Shown here piece after piece: positions 51,972 to 62,061 of a stretch of 64,000 nucleotides of DNA; position 1 is the first letter of the stretch, and the number at the start of each line of letters is the position of its first letter. The notes under the pieces were generated by a model, which worked only from the letters and a program-made list of their open reading frames with translations, ran no database searches and had not been told where the DNA came from. The position numbers and the translations under genes were made by a program. Source of the DNA: an uncultured Gemmatimonadota bacterium (lineage in GTDB: Bacteria; Gemmatimonadota; Gemmatimonadetes; Gemmatimonadales; Gemmatimonadaceae); assembly GCA_902826615.1 (NCBI GenBank), contig CADEFN010000012.1, positions 4,521 to 68,520 on the forward strand. Reading direction: 5' to 3'.

Positions 51972-54327
51972 GCTCAAGGTCTTCCAGAGCGAAAGCGCGA
52001 AGCTGATTGCTGATCGCTACGCCCTCTTCGCAAATCACCCGGACCGGCCGCGCAAGGGAAGCAGGCCGCGACCATTTTTCCAGGCGCTCTCCGCTCTCAC
52101 GGGTGCAGGCAAGACGCCGATCCTCGCGCAAGCCGTTTCGATCATGCGCGGGCATTTCGGGACCGAGCCGATCATTCTTTGGATGTCGAAGGCGCGCTCC
52201 GTCGTTGCGCAGACCTACGCAAACTTTTCGGGCGGTAAGTACAGCGAGCTTGTTGACGGGTTCCGTGTCATCAACATCCAGAACATCAATCCGGAACTCA
52301 TCGCAGACGGCACGACGCCGCTTCTGCTCATGACCACCACAGGCCTGTTCAACAACAGGGAGCAGTCTGAAGGTGCACTCAACATTTATAAGAAAGACAA
52401 CGATCTCTTCGGAGACAAGTCGCCCTGGGAGCGGCTCATTGAGCGCCTCGGGGGCGCAAAGCGGCGCCCGCTGGTCATCGTTTACGACGAAGGCCACAAT
52501 CTTTCCGAGCAGCAGACCGAGCTGCTTGCAGAACTTGAACCTGACGCCTATTTGTTGGCGAGTGCCACGCTCAAGTTGCCAGCAAATTTCCAGAAGTCCG
52601 TTATCCAGCCGATCAAGCTGTGGGTCGAAGAGTCGGAAGTTGCCGATCCGTTCGTCCGCCTCGGCGCAGTCGACGAAAATGGCCGGCCTGAAGCCGAGCG
52701 ATTCATAACGACGGCCGTCAGCAGCGAGAAGGTCGTCGCGGCGCAACTCGTCAAGAAAGCCATTCAGTTCGACGGCACCACGGCGCCGATGGAGAGCTGC
52801 CTTGACGACCTAGTGAACCGGCTCGACCTGCTGAGGGAAGAGATTGCGCTGCGCGGTCTCGACTTCACTCCGAAGGTGATCTACGTCTGCCGAACCAACA
52901 TCACCGACGAAGGTGACAAGGACGACGCCAGCAAGCCGTTTATCCATCGGAAGGCGCCCCCCATCAGGATCTGGCGCTACCTCGTCGAGGAGAAGGGCGT
53001 TTCGCCGAAGGACATCGCGATCTACGCGAACCTGACCTTCGGGGCCGGCAACAAGCCGGACGAGGTGAATCTCTTCTCGAAAGGTGAAAGCGACTTCGAC
53101 GAATTCCACGGAGGCGATTACGAGCACATAATCTTCAATCTGTCGCTCCAGGAAGGATGGGACGATCCCGCCTGTTATCTCGCGTACATAGACAAGAGCA
53201 TGGGCTCGGCGATCCAGGTCGAGCAGATCATCGGTCGCGTCCTGCGCCAGTACGGCGCCGCGCACTATGAGAACCCACTTCTGAACAGCGCGCATTTCTT
53301 CCTGCGCGTCGACAAGGAAAGCGTTTTTGCCGACGCCATTCAGAAGGTCAAAACGAAGCTGCAATCCGAGGGTGCGCCCATTGAGATTTCGGCCAGCTTC
53401 GGAGCCAAGGGCGGAGGAGCGGAAGACCTCAAACCGAAGGACGACCTCGGCGTCGAGCTTCACCACATCTTCGTCGACTCAGAAGCTGCTCGCACGCGCA
53501 TCGGCGAGATCATCGACGAGTTTCCGCAGTTCACCGAAGGCGACGTCAACACCGTCGGCGAAGCGCATGCGGCGACGCAAATCGTCGACCTGGAGTCGCT
53601 AGGCAAGGATGCCGCGGCGGCCGAGTGGACGACCGACGGCCATACGAATCCGGTCAGGCTGCGCTGGCTCGCGAACACCGCGATCAAGTCACGATCCTCA
53701 CGCGCGCTCGCCGTCATCGACCTCAAGAACCAGAAGTTCGACGTCCGGGTGCAGCTCCAGAGCAAAGCCGACAAGCTCACGGACAAGCTCGCGAGCGAAG
53801 TGGTCGAAGCGTTCTATGATCACTCGGACCTCGTGTACGAGAGCATCAAGCCGTTCCAGTTTGGGACGCTGCGAGTGCCCAAAGCTGCTCCCCTCTTTAC
53901 GAACGGCCTTTACGAGCGCTACACCGGATTCAACAAGTTTGAACTAGCATTCGCGAAGGCGCTCGATGGGAACGGCGCTCTCTGGCACCGCAACCCTTCG
54001 GGCGGCGGATTCTTCATCCCGCTGCTGTCTGAAGGCGACTCGGCATCGTTTTATCCGGACTTCATTGTCTGGATGAAGGGTCTGGTGTACTGCGTCGACA
54101 CCAAGGGCGGCCATTTACTGTCCGACGCCGTCGCACGCAAACTGTTCGACATCAAGGAAGACGGCAAGACGAAGCTCCAGGTGCGTTTTGTAACGGAAGG
54201 CAAACAGGAGCAGCTTCGCGGCAAAGTCATTAAGGGCGGTTTCACCGTCTGGAAGATGAAATCAGGATCGCCGACATCCATCCACGTGACCAGCCTCGAG
54301 AAGGCCGTTACGGAATCGCTGAAGTAG
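51964..54327 (+). CDS. res: type III restriction enzyme Res subunit (SF2 helicase plus PD-(D/E)xK nuclease)
   Basis: The probable TTG start at 51964 overlaps the mod stop. The track ORF starts at 51781, inside mod. Motif I: ALTGAGKTPIL. Motif II: LVIVYDEGHNL. Motif III: LLASATL. Motif VI-like: QIIGRVLRQ. C-terminal nuclease: FYPDFIVWMKGLVYCVDTKG. Confidence 0.85.
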   Translation: MLELKVFQSESAKLIADRYALFANHPDRPRKGSRPRPFFQALSALTGAGKTPILAQAVSIMRGHFGTEPIILWMSKARSVVAQTYANFSGGKYSELVDGFRVINIQNINPELIADGTTPLLLMTTTGLFNNREQSEGALNIYKKDNDLFGDKSPWERLIERLGGAKRRPLVIVYDEGHNLSEQQTELLAELEPDAYLLASATLKLPANFQKSVIQPIKLWVEESEVADPFVRLGAVDENGRPEAERFITTAVSSEKVVAAQLVKKAIQFDGTTAPMESCLDDLVNRLDLLREEIALRGLDFTPKVIYVCRTNITDEGDKDDASKPFIHRKAPPIRIWRYLVEEKGVSPKDIAIYANLTFGAGNKPDEVNLFSKGESDFDEFHGGDYEHIIFNLSLQEGWDDPACYLAYIDKSMGSAIQVEQIIGRVLRQYGAAHYENPLLNSAHFFLRVDKESVFADAIQKVKTKLQSEGAPIEISASFGAKGGGAEDLKPKDDLGVELHHIFVDSEAARTRIGEIIDEFPQFTEGDVNTVGEAHAATQIVDLESLGKDAAAAEWTTDGHTNPVRLRWLANTAIKSRSSRALAVIDLKNQKFDVRVQLQSKADKLTDKLASEVVEAFYDHSDLVYESIKPFQFGTLRVPKAAPLFTNGLYERYTGFNKFELAFAKALDGNGALWHRNPSGGGFFIPLLSEGDSASFYPDFIVWMKGLVYCVDTKGGHLLSDAVARKLFDIKEDGKTKLQVRFVTEGKQEQLRGKVIKGGFTVWKMKSGSPTSIHVTSLEKAVTESLK

Positions 54328-54424
54328 TCATCACTGCGCCGCCGCAGGTCGCTCGGGCGAGATCGCATCGTCCAGACGATGGGAGGGCAGCCCCGGAATC
54401 GGCGCGATCGGGTAGGTGTCTTGG

Positions 54425-54850
54425 CTAGGCCGAAGTACGGACAGGCTCGGTTGGGGCAATCTGCCCAGCCAGCTCCTGAATCTGGCGTAGGAGCGCCGAA
54501 CGCGGCGCCACGAGATCGAGAGCTACCACGCGCAATCGCTTGCCCGCATGGACTACGACATGCTGTGCAGCGCCTGTGCCTTCGTCGGCGGCGTAAACGA
54601 GGGTTCCACCGGGCAGGTCGAGCGCTACGGCATACGCTAAGAGTTCGTACAGGTCCGCGTTCCGATAGCCGCCCACCGGCAAGCGCTTGTACTTTGCGTC
54701 GCCGACCCAAACGATTCGACGGCCCTCCAGCAGACACAGATCGGGCTTCAGCGGTACGACGCCTGCCTCATCAAGATGCACCGTGCGCGGCCGATCTGGG
54801 AACCGCGCGCTCTCGAGGCCGATGGCGGCCCGAAGAGGATAGTCAACATT
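54425..54850 (-). pseudogene. C-terminal fragment of a McrC-like PD-(D/E)xK nuclease gene
   Basis: LKPDLCLLEGRRIVWVGDAKYKRLPVGGYRNADLYELLAYAVALDLPGGTLVYAAD matches the McrC C-terminal pattern (P-D ... D-x-K-Y-K ... Y-Q/E-hydrophobic-x-x-Y). The N-terminal ~250 aa expected for McrC and any McrB gene are absent. Confidence 0.5.
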
Positions 54851-55164
54851 AACGGTTAAGGGGGTTGGGTGACGAAACGCCCGTTGTCGGACCCTGTGCC
54901 CCAGGCGCTCCGCGCTCTCCCTCCCCGTTCGCACGGCCGATCGTAGCGCCATCGACTATGCGGCCGCCGCCAGCGGAGGCTTGCAGCTCGCGTCTGGCGG
55001 CGAGGCGTCGAAAGCGCTGGAAGAAGACTATGTCCGCATGGTCGAGGACGGGCTGCATCTGGAGGATGCCGAGCCGTTCGAGGGTCTCATGGCGCGCTGC
55101 GCCGATATCGCCGAGCGGGCTAATCTAATGCGGAGCGGGATAGAGAAACGGGGAGGAGAGGCGT

Positions 55165-56946
55165 GTGCGTATATCGCGGGTGAAGATTAGCAACTTCGCC
55201 AATTTCTCGGCGATCGACGTCGAGACCGGCGAGAACATCGTCATTGTCGGCGAGAACAAGGTCGGCAAAAGCAACTTCGTCCGGGCGCTGCAGCTAATCC
55301 TCGACCCCGGCCTTTCCGAACGCGACCGCCAGCTTGGGCTCGAGCAGTTCTGGGACGGGCTGGGCGAAGACAAGCTGGGCGAGACCATCGAGGTCGCGGT
55401 CGAACTGACCGACTTCACGGACGACCCGCGGCTGATGGCGCATCTCAATGATTGCGTGGTCGATCCTGGTCCGCCGATGGTCGCGAGGCTCACATACCGC
55501 TTTCAGCCGAAGGTCAATCTCGGCCGCGATCCCGAGAGCCTTGCAGACTATGAGTACATCATCTTCGGCGGTGACGATCCCGAGATGTCGATCGGCGCCT
55601 CGGTGCGGCGAATGCTGCCGCTCGACGTGCAGGTTGCGCTGCGCGATGCCGACAAGGACTTGTCGAACTGGCGCAACTCGCCGCTGAGGCCTTTGATCGA
55701 GGAACTTGCAACGTCCCTCAACGAGGACGCACGCGAAGAGATTCAGGAGCAAGTTAACGAGGCGCAGGCCGAGCTGGTTGGTCACGCCGAGGTGGTGGCG
55801 ACGGCTGAGCGGATAAGCGCGCGGCTGATCGCCATTGCGGGCGAGCAGCATGCCGTCCCGTTGACGCTCGGTCTCGCGCCGACGCGGGTCGATGCGCTGC
55901 TGCGTAGTCTCCGCCTGCTGATCGACAGTGGCGCGCGCGGTATCCCCGACGCCAGCCTTGGCACCGCCAATCTGATCTTCTTGGCGCTCAAGAGCCTTGA
56001 GCTTGATCGTCTCGTGGAGGACGGCGAGCGCGATCACACCTTTTTCGTCGTCGAAGAGCCGGAGGCACATCTCCACCCACATGTCCAGCGCCTCGTCTAT
56101 CGCTATTTCCTGGGCGGTGGCGGAGACGACGAGGAGACGCCGCCGCTCACGACGATCCTGACGACGCACTCGCCGCATATCGCCAGCGTCACGCCGATCC
56201 GCTCGATCGTGCTGCTGCGGCATGACGCGGAGGCGGATGCGACGATCGCGATTTCGACCGCCGCAGCGCCGCTCGACGAGCGCGACGAGGCAGATCTTCA
56301 GCGCTACATCGATGTGAGTCGCGGCGAGATATTCTTTGCCCGGGGCGTCATCCTGGTCGAGGGCGATGCGGAGCGATTTCTGGTGCCGGCCTTTGCCGAG
56401 GCGCTGGACATTCCGCTCGACATGCTGGGCATTACCGTGTGCTCGGTCGGCGGCACGAATTTCACGCCCTACGTCAAGCTGCTGGGCCCGGAGGGCCTCA
56501 ACATCCCGCACGTTATTCTGACGGACCGGGACCCGAATGGGGAACACCCGCCGTTCGTCCGCCGCCGCTTGATCAAGGTACTGGAGTTACTCGAAGACGA
56601 GGTGGACTACGGGCCACTGGACGCCGACGCAGTGATCGCCCGTGCCACGCCGTTCGGCTATTTCGTGAACGGCAATACGCTCGAGCCGGAGCTCTTCACT
56701 GGCGGGCTAGCCGAGGCGATGCAGGACGTCATTGACCAGGAGCTGGCGATCAACCAGGCCACGCGCAACCGCGTTCAGGGTTGGGTCGACGATCCCGACA
56801 CGCTTGATGAGGAGCGCCTGCTCGCGCTGATCGAGCGAATTGGCAAAGGGCGTTTCGCGCAGGCGCTCGCGCCGCATGCCAGCGACGACAATTGCCCGGA
56901 CTATATCCGGCGAGCGCTGGAGCATATCCGCCATGCCGTTGCGTAG
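55165..56946 (+). CDS. gajA: OLD-family ATPase/TOPRIM nuclease, GajA-like (Gabija component A)
   Basis: 593 aa. The N-terminus is VRISRVKISNFANFSAIDVETGENIVIVGENKVGKSNF (ABC-type Walker A). FFVVEEPEAHLHP is the Walker B/D-loop. TOPRIM: GVILVEGDAERFLVPAFAE ... HVILTDRDPNG. A UvrD-like helicase gene follows with a 14-nt overlap. Confidence 0.8.
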   Translation: MRISRVKISNFANFSAIDVETGENIVIVGENKVGKSNFVRALQLILDPGLSERDRQLGLEQFWDGLGEDKLGETIEVAVELTDFTDDPRLMAHLNDCVVDPGPPMVARLTYRFQPKVNLGRDPESLADYEYIIFGGDDPEMSIGASVRRMLPLDVQVALRDADKDLSNWRNSPLRPLIEELATSLNEDAREEIQEQVNEAQAELVGHAEVVATAERISARLIAIAGEQHAVPLTLGLAPTRVDALLRSLRLLIDSGARGIPDASLGTANLIFLALKSLELDRLVEDGERDHTFFVVEEPEAHLHPHVQRLVYRYFLGGGGDDEETPPLTTILTTHSPHIASVTPIRSIVLLRHDAEADATIAISTAAAPLDERDEADLQRYIDVSRGEIFFARGVILVEGDAERFLVPAFAEALDIPLDMLGITVCSVGGTNFTPYVKLLGPEGLNIPHVILTDRDPNGEHPPFVRRRLIKVLELLEDEVDYGPLDADAVIARATPFGYFVNGNTLEPELFTGGLAEAMQDVIDQELAINQATRNRVQGWVDDPDTLDEERLLALIERIGKGRFAQALAPHASDDNCPDYIRRALEHIRHAVA

Positions 56947-58750
56947 CGTCAGCAATGCCTATCTCGCGCAGGCGGCCGACCTGGCCGGCAATCCAGGTCA
57001 GCAAGCAGCCTATGACTCCACGGGCAACTGCGTGGTGTTGGCGGGACCGGGCAGCGGCAAGACCAAAACGCTGGTGCTCAAGCTTGCGCGGATCATGGCG
57101 GAGGACGTGCGTGCGCCGCGCGGCGCGGCCTGCATCACCTATAGCCAGGAGTGCGCGCGCGAACTGACGCGGCGCCTGGAGCGGCTCGGTCTGCGCGAGG
57201 CATCTAACCTCTTCATCGGAACGGTGCATGGCTTCTGCCTGCGACACCTGCTCATGCCCTATGGGCGGCTTGCGAATCTGCCGGCGCCATTCCCGCTTTC
57301 GGTTGCCACGCAGCGGCAAAGCGACCAGGCGATGCGGCGGGTTGGGGACCGGCTGTTCGGAGTCGGCCATCCCAACAAGCCGATGGACCTCGGGCGGCAT
57401 CGGCGATCGGTTTTGGACCGGACATCAATCATCTGGAACGACCAAGCGGAGCTAGCCGCATGGGCGGAAGAGTACGAGGCGGAACTGCGGCGGCTGGGTC
57501 TCATCGACTTCGACGACTTGGTGATCTTCGGACAGCGGCTGGTCTCGGAGCATGACTGGGTGCTGCCGCTGCTCCAGGCGAAATTGCCGGTGCTCGCGGT
57601 CGACGAGTATCAGGACCTCGGCGTGGCGCTGCATCGCATCGTCACGCGGGTGGCGTTCGATGGCGGTGTCCGGCTCTTTGCGGTCGGGGATCCGGATCAA
57701 TCGATTTACGGATTTACCGGTGCGGACGGAGCTCTGCTTCAGGAGCTGGGCGTGCGCGACGATGTCGAGCGCGTCCAACTCCAACTCAACTACCGCTCAG
57801 CGTCGCGCATCGTCAAGGCATCGGAATTGGCATTGGGCGAGGCGCGCGGCTACGAGTCGAACGACCCTGAGCGGCAGGCGGTCATCGAATTCGTGCAGTG
57901 CGACGACGGGCTTGAGGGCCAGGCGGCGCATGCGGTCGCCGAGATCATTCCTGAGGCGCTCGCGGCCAAGCCGGGCCGCGCGCTTGGCGATATCGCCATT
58001 CTCTATCGAGACTATCGGGCCGGCGACGTGGTGGCGGAAGCCGTGGCGGCGGCCGGCCTCGACTTCGTCCGTGTCGACACCGCGGCGCCTTATCGCAAAG
58101 TCGCACTCACCAGCTGGATCGAGGATTGCGCGGCATGGTGCGCGGGCGGCTGGCGCGAGGCCCGGCCGCAACTGCGCGGCCTGCTAGATCGCTGGCTCGG
58201 ATTTCATCGCACACGGATTCCCGACGCGCAGGCGCGAGAAGAAGCGCAGCGCCTGACGGAGCTTCTCTGGTCGCTTCGGGTCGAAGAGGGGCGCGCCCGG
58301 GAATTTGTGGCCGGCGTGAGAGCCGGAATGCTCGATGCGTTGATGGCGGCTGAACCGAGTCTCGCCGACCAGCGCGAGCAGGTTGATCGCATGTCCGCCG
58401 CGCTCGCTATCGGGCGCGCGCTCGCAGATCTTGACCTGGCGAGCCTTGGGGGGCGCGATGGCTCGCCGCTGCATCTGAACCTGTTGACGCTGCACTCTGC
58501 GAAGGGGTGCGAATATGATGTCGTGATCATGGTCGGCCTCGATCTCGGGAGCCTGCCCTGGCGCAATGAGCAGCCAGCGGTCCGCCGCGAGAGCCGGCGA
58601 TTGTTCTATGTCGGCCTCACGCGTGCCCGCGACGAGATCCATATGCTCTATTCCGGTTATGTGGACACGGCCCGGGGGCGGATGAACTGGGGGCGCTCTC
58701 CGTTCCTGGATGAACTTGAAGCCCGAATGGAGGAGGCCGAGGGCGAATGA
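56933..58750 (+). CDS. gajB: UvrD/PcrA/Rep-like SF1 helicase, GajB-like (Gabija component B)
   Basis: 605 aa from ATG 56933. Motifs: [14 protein letters not shown] (I), [11 protein letters not shown] (II), [16 protein letters not shown] (III), [16 protein letters not shown] (V) and [16 protein letters not shown] (VI). Confidence 0.85.
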   Translation: MPLRSVSNAYLAQAADLAGNPGQQAAYDSTGNCVVLAGPGSGKTKTLVLKLARIMAEDVRAPRGAACITYSQECARELTRRLERLGLREASNLFIGTVHGFCLRHLLMPYGRLANLPAPFPLSVATQRQSDQAMRRVGDRLFGVGHPNKPMDLGRHRRSVLDRTSIIWNDQAELAAWAEEYEAELRRLGLIDFDDLVIFGQRLVSEHDWVLPLLQAKLPVLAVDEYQDLGVALHRIVTRVAFDGGVRLFAVGDPDQSIYGFTGADGALLQELGVRDDVERVQLQLNYRSASRIVKASELALGEARGYESNDPERQAVIEFVQCDDGLEGQAAHAVAEIIPEALAAKPGRALGDIAILYRDYRAGDVVAEAVAAAGLDFVRVDTAAPYRKVALTSWIEDCAAWCAGGWREARPQLRGLLDRWLGFHRTRIPDAQAREEAQRLTELLWSLRVEEGRAREFVAGVRAGMLDALMAAEPSLADQREQVDRMSAALAIGRALADLDLASLGGRDGSPLHLNLLTLHSAKGCEYDVVIMVGLDLGSLPWRNEQPAVRRESRRLFYVGLTRARDEIHMLYSGYVDTARGRMNWGRSPFLDELEARMEEAEGE

Positions 58751-59667
58751 CCATGCTGTCATTTCGCGAGGCCCAGACCGTCGAAGACCTAGCCGACCTG
58801 CTCTACGATGTCCTGCCCGGAAGCGGAAACAGCAGGACCGCCTTTCCGCTCGCGGCCGCGCAGGCTGGCGTTGGCGACCTATGGGTCCCAGGCAGCAAGC
58901 GACCTGCAATCGTCCAGCTTCTGACCGCGACGCTCGAACAAGGCCGCTCAAGTTTTGCCGAGCTGATCGTGGCGATCGTCCGCCAGGCGATGACCTACCG
59001 GCGCGGCAAGGGTAACCCTCTGACTCGCGCAGAGATCGATCGACTGAACAGCCTACTTCCTGGTGTGGAGTTCAGGATTCCAGAGTTGCTGGATCCAGGT
59101 TTTCTGAGCAGTTTCAGACGTGGGAATGCAGAGGAGGCTGCGCCGCAATCGACAGCGGCGTTGAGTGCGGCTAAGGCGCAAGAACTCGCCGCGCTGCTCA
59201 TCGAGATCACCAAGCTGAATCCGCAGGCGCGGGGCCTGCGTTTCGAGGGCTTTCTCAACGAGTTGTTCGCCGGATTTGGGCTTGCGCCGCGCGGCGCCTT
59301 CCGGCTTGTGGGGGAGCAGATCGACGGTAGTTTCAGGCTGAACGGCCAGACCTATCTGGTAGAGGCAAAATGGCATGGTCCGCAGATCGGCTTCGCCGAC
59401 CTCATGACCTTTTCAGGTAAGGTCAGTGGAAAGGCATCGTGGTCGCGCGGGCTGTTCGTGAGCAGTTCCGGGTTCACCGCTGACGGCCTCGAGGCATTCT
59501 CGCGCGGGCGGCAGACCAACCTGATCTGCGCTGATGGACTCGACCTCTATGAAGTGCTCTCGCGCCAGGCTTCCCTAATCCAGGTTCTCGAAGCGAAGGA
59601 GCGCCGGGCGGCCGAGACGAACCTGGCGTTTGTCGCCGTGCGTGACCTCAATCTTGGCGGAAACTGA
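58747..59667 (+). CDS. Mrr_cat-like PD-(D/E)xK restriction endonuclease domain protein with unknown N-terminal domain, coupled to gajB
   Basis: 306 aa. The start overlaps the gajB stop (ATGA). The C-terminal half is [65 protein letters not shown]...[10 protein letters not shown]. This shows E-x-x-D-G ... (V/L)-E-A-K-W, the Mrr-type core. Confidence 0.65.
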   Translation: MTMLSFREAQTVEDLADLLYDVLPGSGNSRTAFPLAAAQAGVGDLWVPGSKRPAIVQLLTATLEQGRSSFAELIVAIVRQAMTYRRGKGNPLTRAEIDRLNSLLPGVEFRIPELLDPGFLSSFRRGNAEEAAPQSTAALSAAKAQELAALLIEITKLNPQARGLRFEGFLNELFAGFGLAPRGAFRLVGEQIDGSFRLNGQTYLVEAKWHGPQIGFADLMTFSGKVSGKASWSRGLFVSSSGFTADGLEAFSRGRQTNLICADGLDLYEVLSRQASLIQVLEAKERRAAETNLAFVAVRDLNLGGN

Positions 59668-59777
59668 AGCGCACCTCTTGGGCCCAAGGCGATGGTGCAA
59701 CGACCTGTTGCACAAATTCGCCGTCGGACCGGATCGGCGGGTCAGAGGTATAGCGTCGCGGCATCGATACCGACCTC

Positions 59778-60020
59778 GAGCCGCTCGGTCGTGCAAACCG
59801 TGCACCGAAATCGCGCGAAGCCCCCGGCCAAGAAGCCGCAGCGCAGAAACTGCGAAACTCGTCTTCCACGAACCGGGGACGCCCCTGGCCGTCGCGCATT
59901 CGCGCGGCCTCGGCGAGGAAACTCTCGACGTGCTCCCCGACCACGGCGTACAAGGCGGAGGCACTCGGATCGCGTGGTGCGTACTCGACGGCGGGCACGC
60001 GGGCATCGGTGCCGACGACA
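59778..60020 (-). pseudogene. N-terminal remnant of an IS91-family transposase gene (frameshifted, truncated)
   Basis: VEYAPRDPSASALYAVVGEHVESFLAEAARMRDGQGRPRFVEDEFRSF (track ORF 59648..60139) continues in another frame as FLRCGFLAGGFARFRCTVCTTERL (track ORF 59742..60134). This is the IS91 zinc-binding N-terminus. Similarity stops after ERL. Confidence 0.55.
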
Positions 60021-60615
60021 TGCCATCGCTTCGGCGGCCAGAATTGTGTCGGCGCGCCGATCGCGCGACGCCATGTGCCGGACGCTGCGTACGTAGGAAC
60101 TCGCGCCCGTGGCAGGAATTGCGGGCGAGCGCAACGCAACTATGTCAGCGGCAGGCAGGTCAGACCAAACACCTGGTGAGATTCGACGTGGGGTGGGTCT
60201 CTCGTCTCAAGCTGCGAGTGACGGCGCAGTGACTACCTTGACCGCCGCCGGCAAGTCTGCTGCCCTGACGCCCTACCGCGCCTCTGCAAGGACGCCGACT
60301 TCGAGTCGAGGCTCTCGGGACCAGGGAGCGTGACGATCCCCGGCGAAGCCCTCCCGGAGCACGCGGGTGGCCCCGGCGTGGGCGCCGGTTCCAACCGCGA
60401 ATTCCCTTCGACCCTGGCCGTGGCACAGTCCTCACAATCTACGGTCCTCAGCCCACGAAGCTCGTCGACGCGCATCCGCAGCGGCCGCCCGCAGCAGCCG
60501 CAGTTGACGTTGAAGAAGTCGTCGCAAGGCATTGTCGCCATGACCTACGCGGGCCAGTGTGGCCGCGGGAGCTTCGGCCACGGCGCAGTCCGAGCTTGAC
60601 CGCAGCGGCGGCGAG

Positions 60616-60876
60616 TCATCGGCGTGCCACCCGTGGCGTGCGGAGAGCGTTCAGGCGAGGCTTTGCAGGGCGAAGTGCTCGCCTCAGCCGCTTGAGGTCA
60701 GCCTCAAGGGACGGCAGGGTAGTCCCAAGGTGGTTCGCGATCGCGGCGTCCGAAAACCCCGCGATGTGCCACACACAGATCAGACGCTGGCGCTCGGTGA
60801 GCCGCCCGGACCGTGAGGGTGTCTTCGTGGGGCGGGGTTGACCTTGCGGCTCGACACGTCGCTTCGATGGGGCCAC
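60616..60876 (-). CDS. small sigma-70 region-4 / LuxR-type HTH protein (86 aa)
   Basis: Sequence: LTERQRLICVWHIAGFSDAAIANHLGTTLPSLEADLKRLRRAL. Confidence 0.45.
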   Translation of the reverse strand: MAPSKRRVEPQGQPRPTKTPSRSGRLTERQRLICVWHIAGFSDAAIANHLGTTLPSLEADLKRLRRALRPAKPRLNALRTPRVARR

Positions 60877-61022
60877 GCTCGATTAGGCGCAAGCACCGTG
60901 CCGACGAGCGACGCGTCGTTCGCGAGGAGATCTAGCAGTTCGAGACGCGGATCCCGATCCCGCCGGGTAGGTGCTACCCGCAGAGGTCGAGGAGCCAACG
61001 GGTGCAAGCTACCCAGCGGGTA

Positions 61023-61268
61023 TCAACTACCCGTCGGATCGTCGCTTCCCTGGAGAGCCCGAAACGCTCGGTAACACTCCGAGCAGTTCGCCAAGTGCAC
61101 GTACCCAGGGTCTTCGATGGGCAGCGTCCGACGGGCGAGTGCTAGCAGCGTGGCCGGGGAGAGGCAGCCGTCTCGCGTTGGGTTGGGATTCGCTCGGCCG
61201 AGCACCTCATCAATTGCGTCTGAGATTCGACGGTCATCCAGTTTTGACTTCCGTGGTCCGTCGGCCAT
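61023..61268 (-). CDS. putative anti-sigma factor (zf-HC2-like), 81 aa
   Basis: From ATG 61268: MADGPRKSKLDDRRISDAIDEVLG...CLSPATLLALARRTLPIEDPGYVHLANCSECYRAFRALQG (H-x3-C-x2-C). It lies immediately downstream of, and overlaps the tail of, the sigma factor gene. Confidence 0.45.
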   Translation of the reverse strand: MADGPRKSKLDDRRISDAIDEVLGRANPNPTRDGCLSPATLLALARRTLPIEDPGYVHLANCSECYRAFRALQGSDDPTGS

Positions 61269-61887
61269 CAATGGTCCCCGTCGCCTGTGATCGAGATCGC
61301 TGCCGCTTTGGTGGAACGAGCTGACGTGTGGTCCGAGGCAGCTGGCTGATGCTGACATCGCTGCGAATCTTCTGTTTGGCTCGCGAGAAGAGTGTATCGA
61401 CAGAAACCACCGAGCGGCCCAGAGCTGACGCAATCTCCTGGGCAGAGAAGCCGGCCATCTTCCACAGGCAGACCATTCGCTCCTCGGGCGACAGCCTCGC
61501 CAGGACTTCGCGCAGGAGGATATCGCGTTCCACCTGTTCCGGAGAACCGAACTGCGCCTGCGCCACGGCGATGTGCTCGTGGCTGGCCTCCGGCGCCAAG
61601 GTCTGCTGAATGAGCCGCGTCGCGGGGCGCCGTATGTGTGACGTCGCGACGCTGCGCACCGTCACCCAGGCGTAGCCGTGGATGCGCTCGATGGGGCCAC
61701 CGCGTGCCTCACGACTGGCGATGCGGTGTCCGGCCTCCTCCATGACCTCCGTGATGGCCACGTCGTCCTGCAGGTTGGGAAACCGTCGTCGAAGCTTTGG
61801 CAGCAGTCCAGCCAGCACACGCTCGATTCGGTCACCGAGCGGTTTCCCGTTGCTGTCCAGCAGCCCGAGCGCGCGCATGTGATCCAT
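61234..61887 (-). CDS. sigma-70 family (ECF-like) sigma factor, paralog of 2069..2668
   Basis: IHGYAWVTVRSVATSHIRR (region 2) and LSPEERMVCLWKMAGFSAQEIASALGRSVVSVDTLFSRAKQK (region 4). It is divergent from virB2 copy 2. Confidence 0.7.
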   Translation of the reverse strand: MDHMRALGLLDSNGKPLGDRIERVLAGLLPKLRRRFPNLQDDVAITEVMEEAGHRIASREARGGPIERIHGYAWVTVRSVATSHIRRPATRLIQQTLAPEASHEHIAVAQAQFGSPEQVERDILLREVLARLSPEERMVCLWKMAGFSAQEIASALGRSVVSVDTLFSRAKQKIRSDVSISQLPRTTRQLVPPKRQRSRSQATGTIDGRRTTEVKTG

Positions 61888-62061
61888 GACACGTCCCGTC
61901 CCGGCACCCGAGGGAGGGGCACCGCTATTTCGAGGCCAGTGGCGACAGTATAGACCTCGCGCGTTAACGATTCGAGGCCCTGTAAGGTTTCAGTGGCTCG
62001 CTGCGTTCAATCCGTTACGGGACGGCTTTGCTGGAAGGCGTCCCCGGATCCGAGGTGAACG

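Noticed and set aside
54874-55190. Plus-strand open frame just upstream of gajA (...AIDYAAAASGGLQLASGGEASKALEEDYVRMVEDGLHLEDAEPFEGLMARCADIAERANLMR), considered as a small antitoxin-like or regulator gene.
   Set aside because: There is no clear start or RBS, the only candidate start is a TTG, no motif was recognised, and it overlaps the McrC remnant break region. It could equally be a leader or gene debris.
60233-60541. Minus-strand ORF starting MATMPCDDFFNVNCGCCGRPLRMRVDELRGLRTVDCEDCATARV, a zinc-ribbon-like CxC...CxxC pattern.
   Set aside because: Only the first ~45 codons look protein-like and the rest is Pro/Arg/Gly-rich. It lies in debris next to the IS91 remnant. It may be a small real gene, but the evidence is insufficient.
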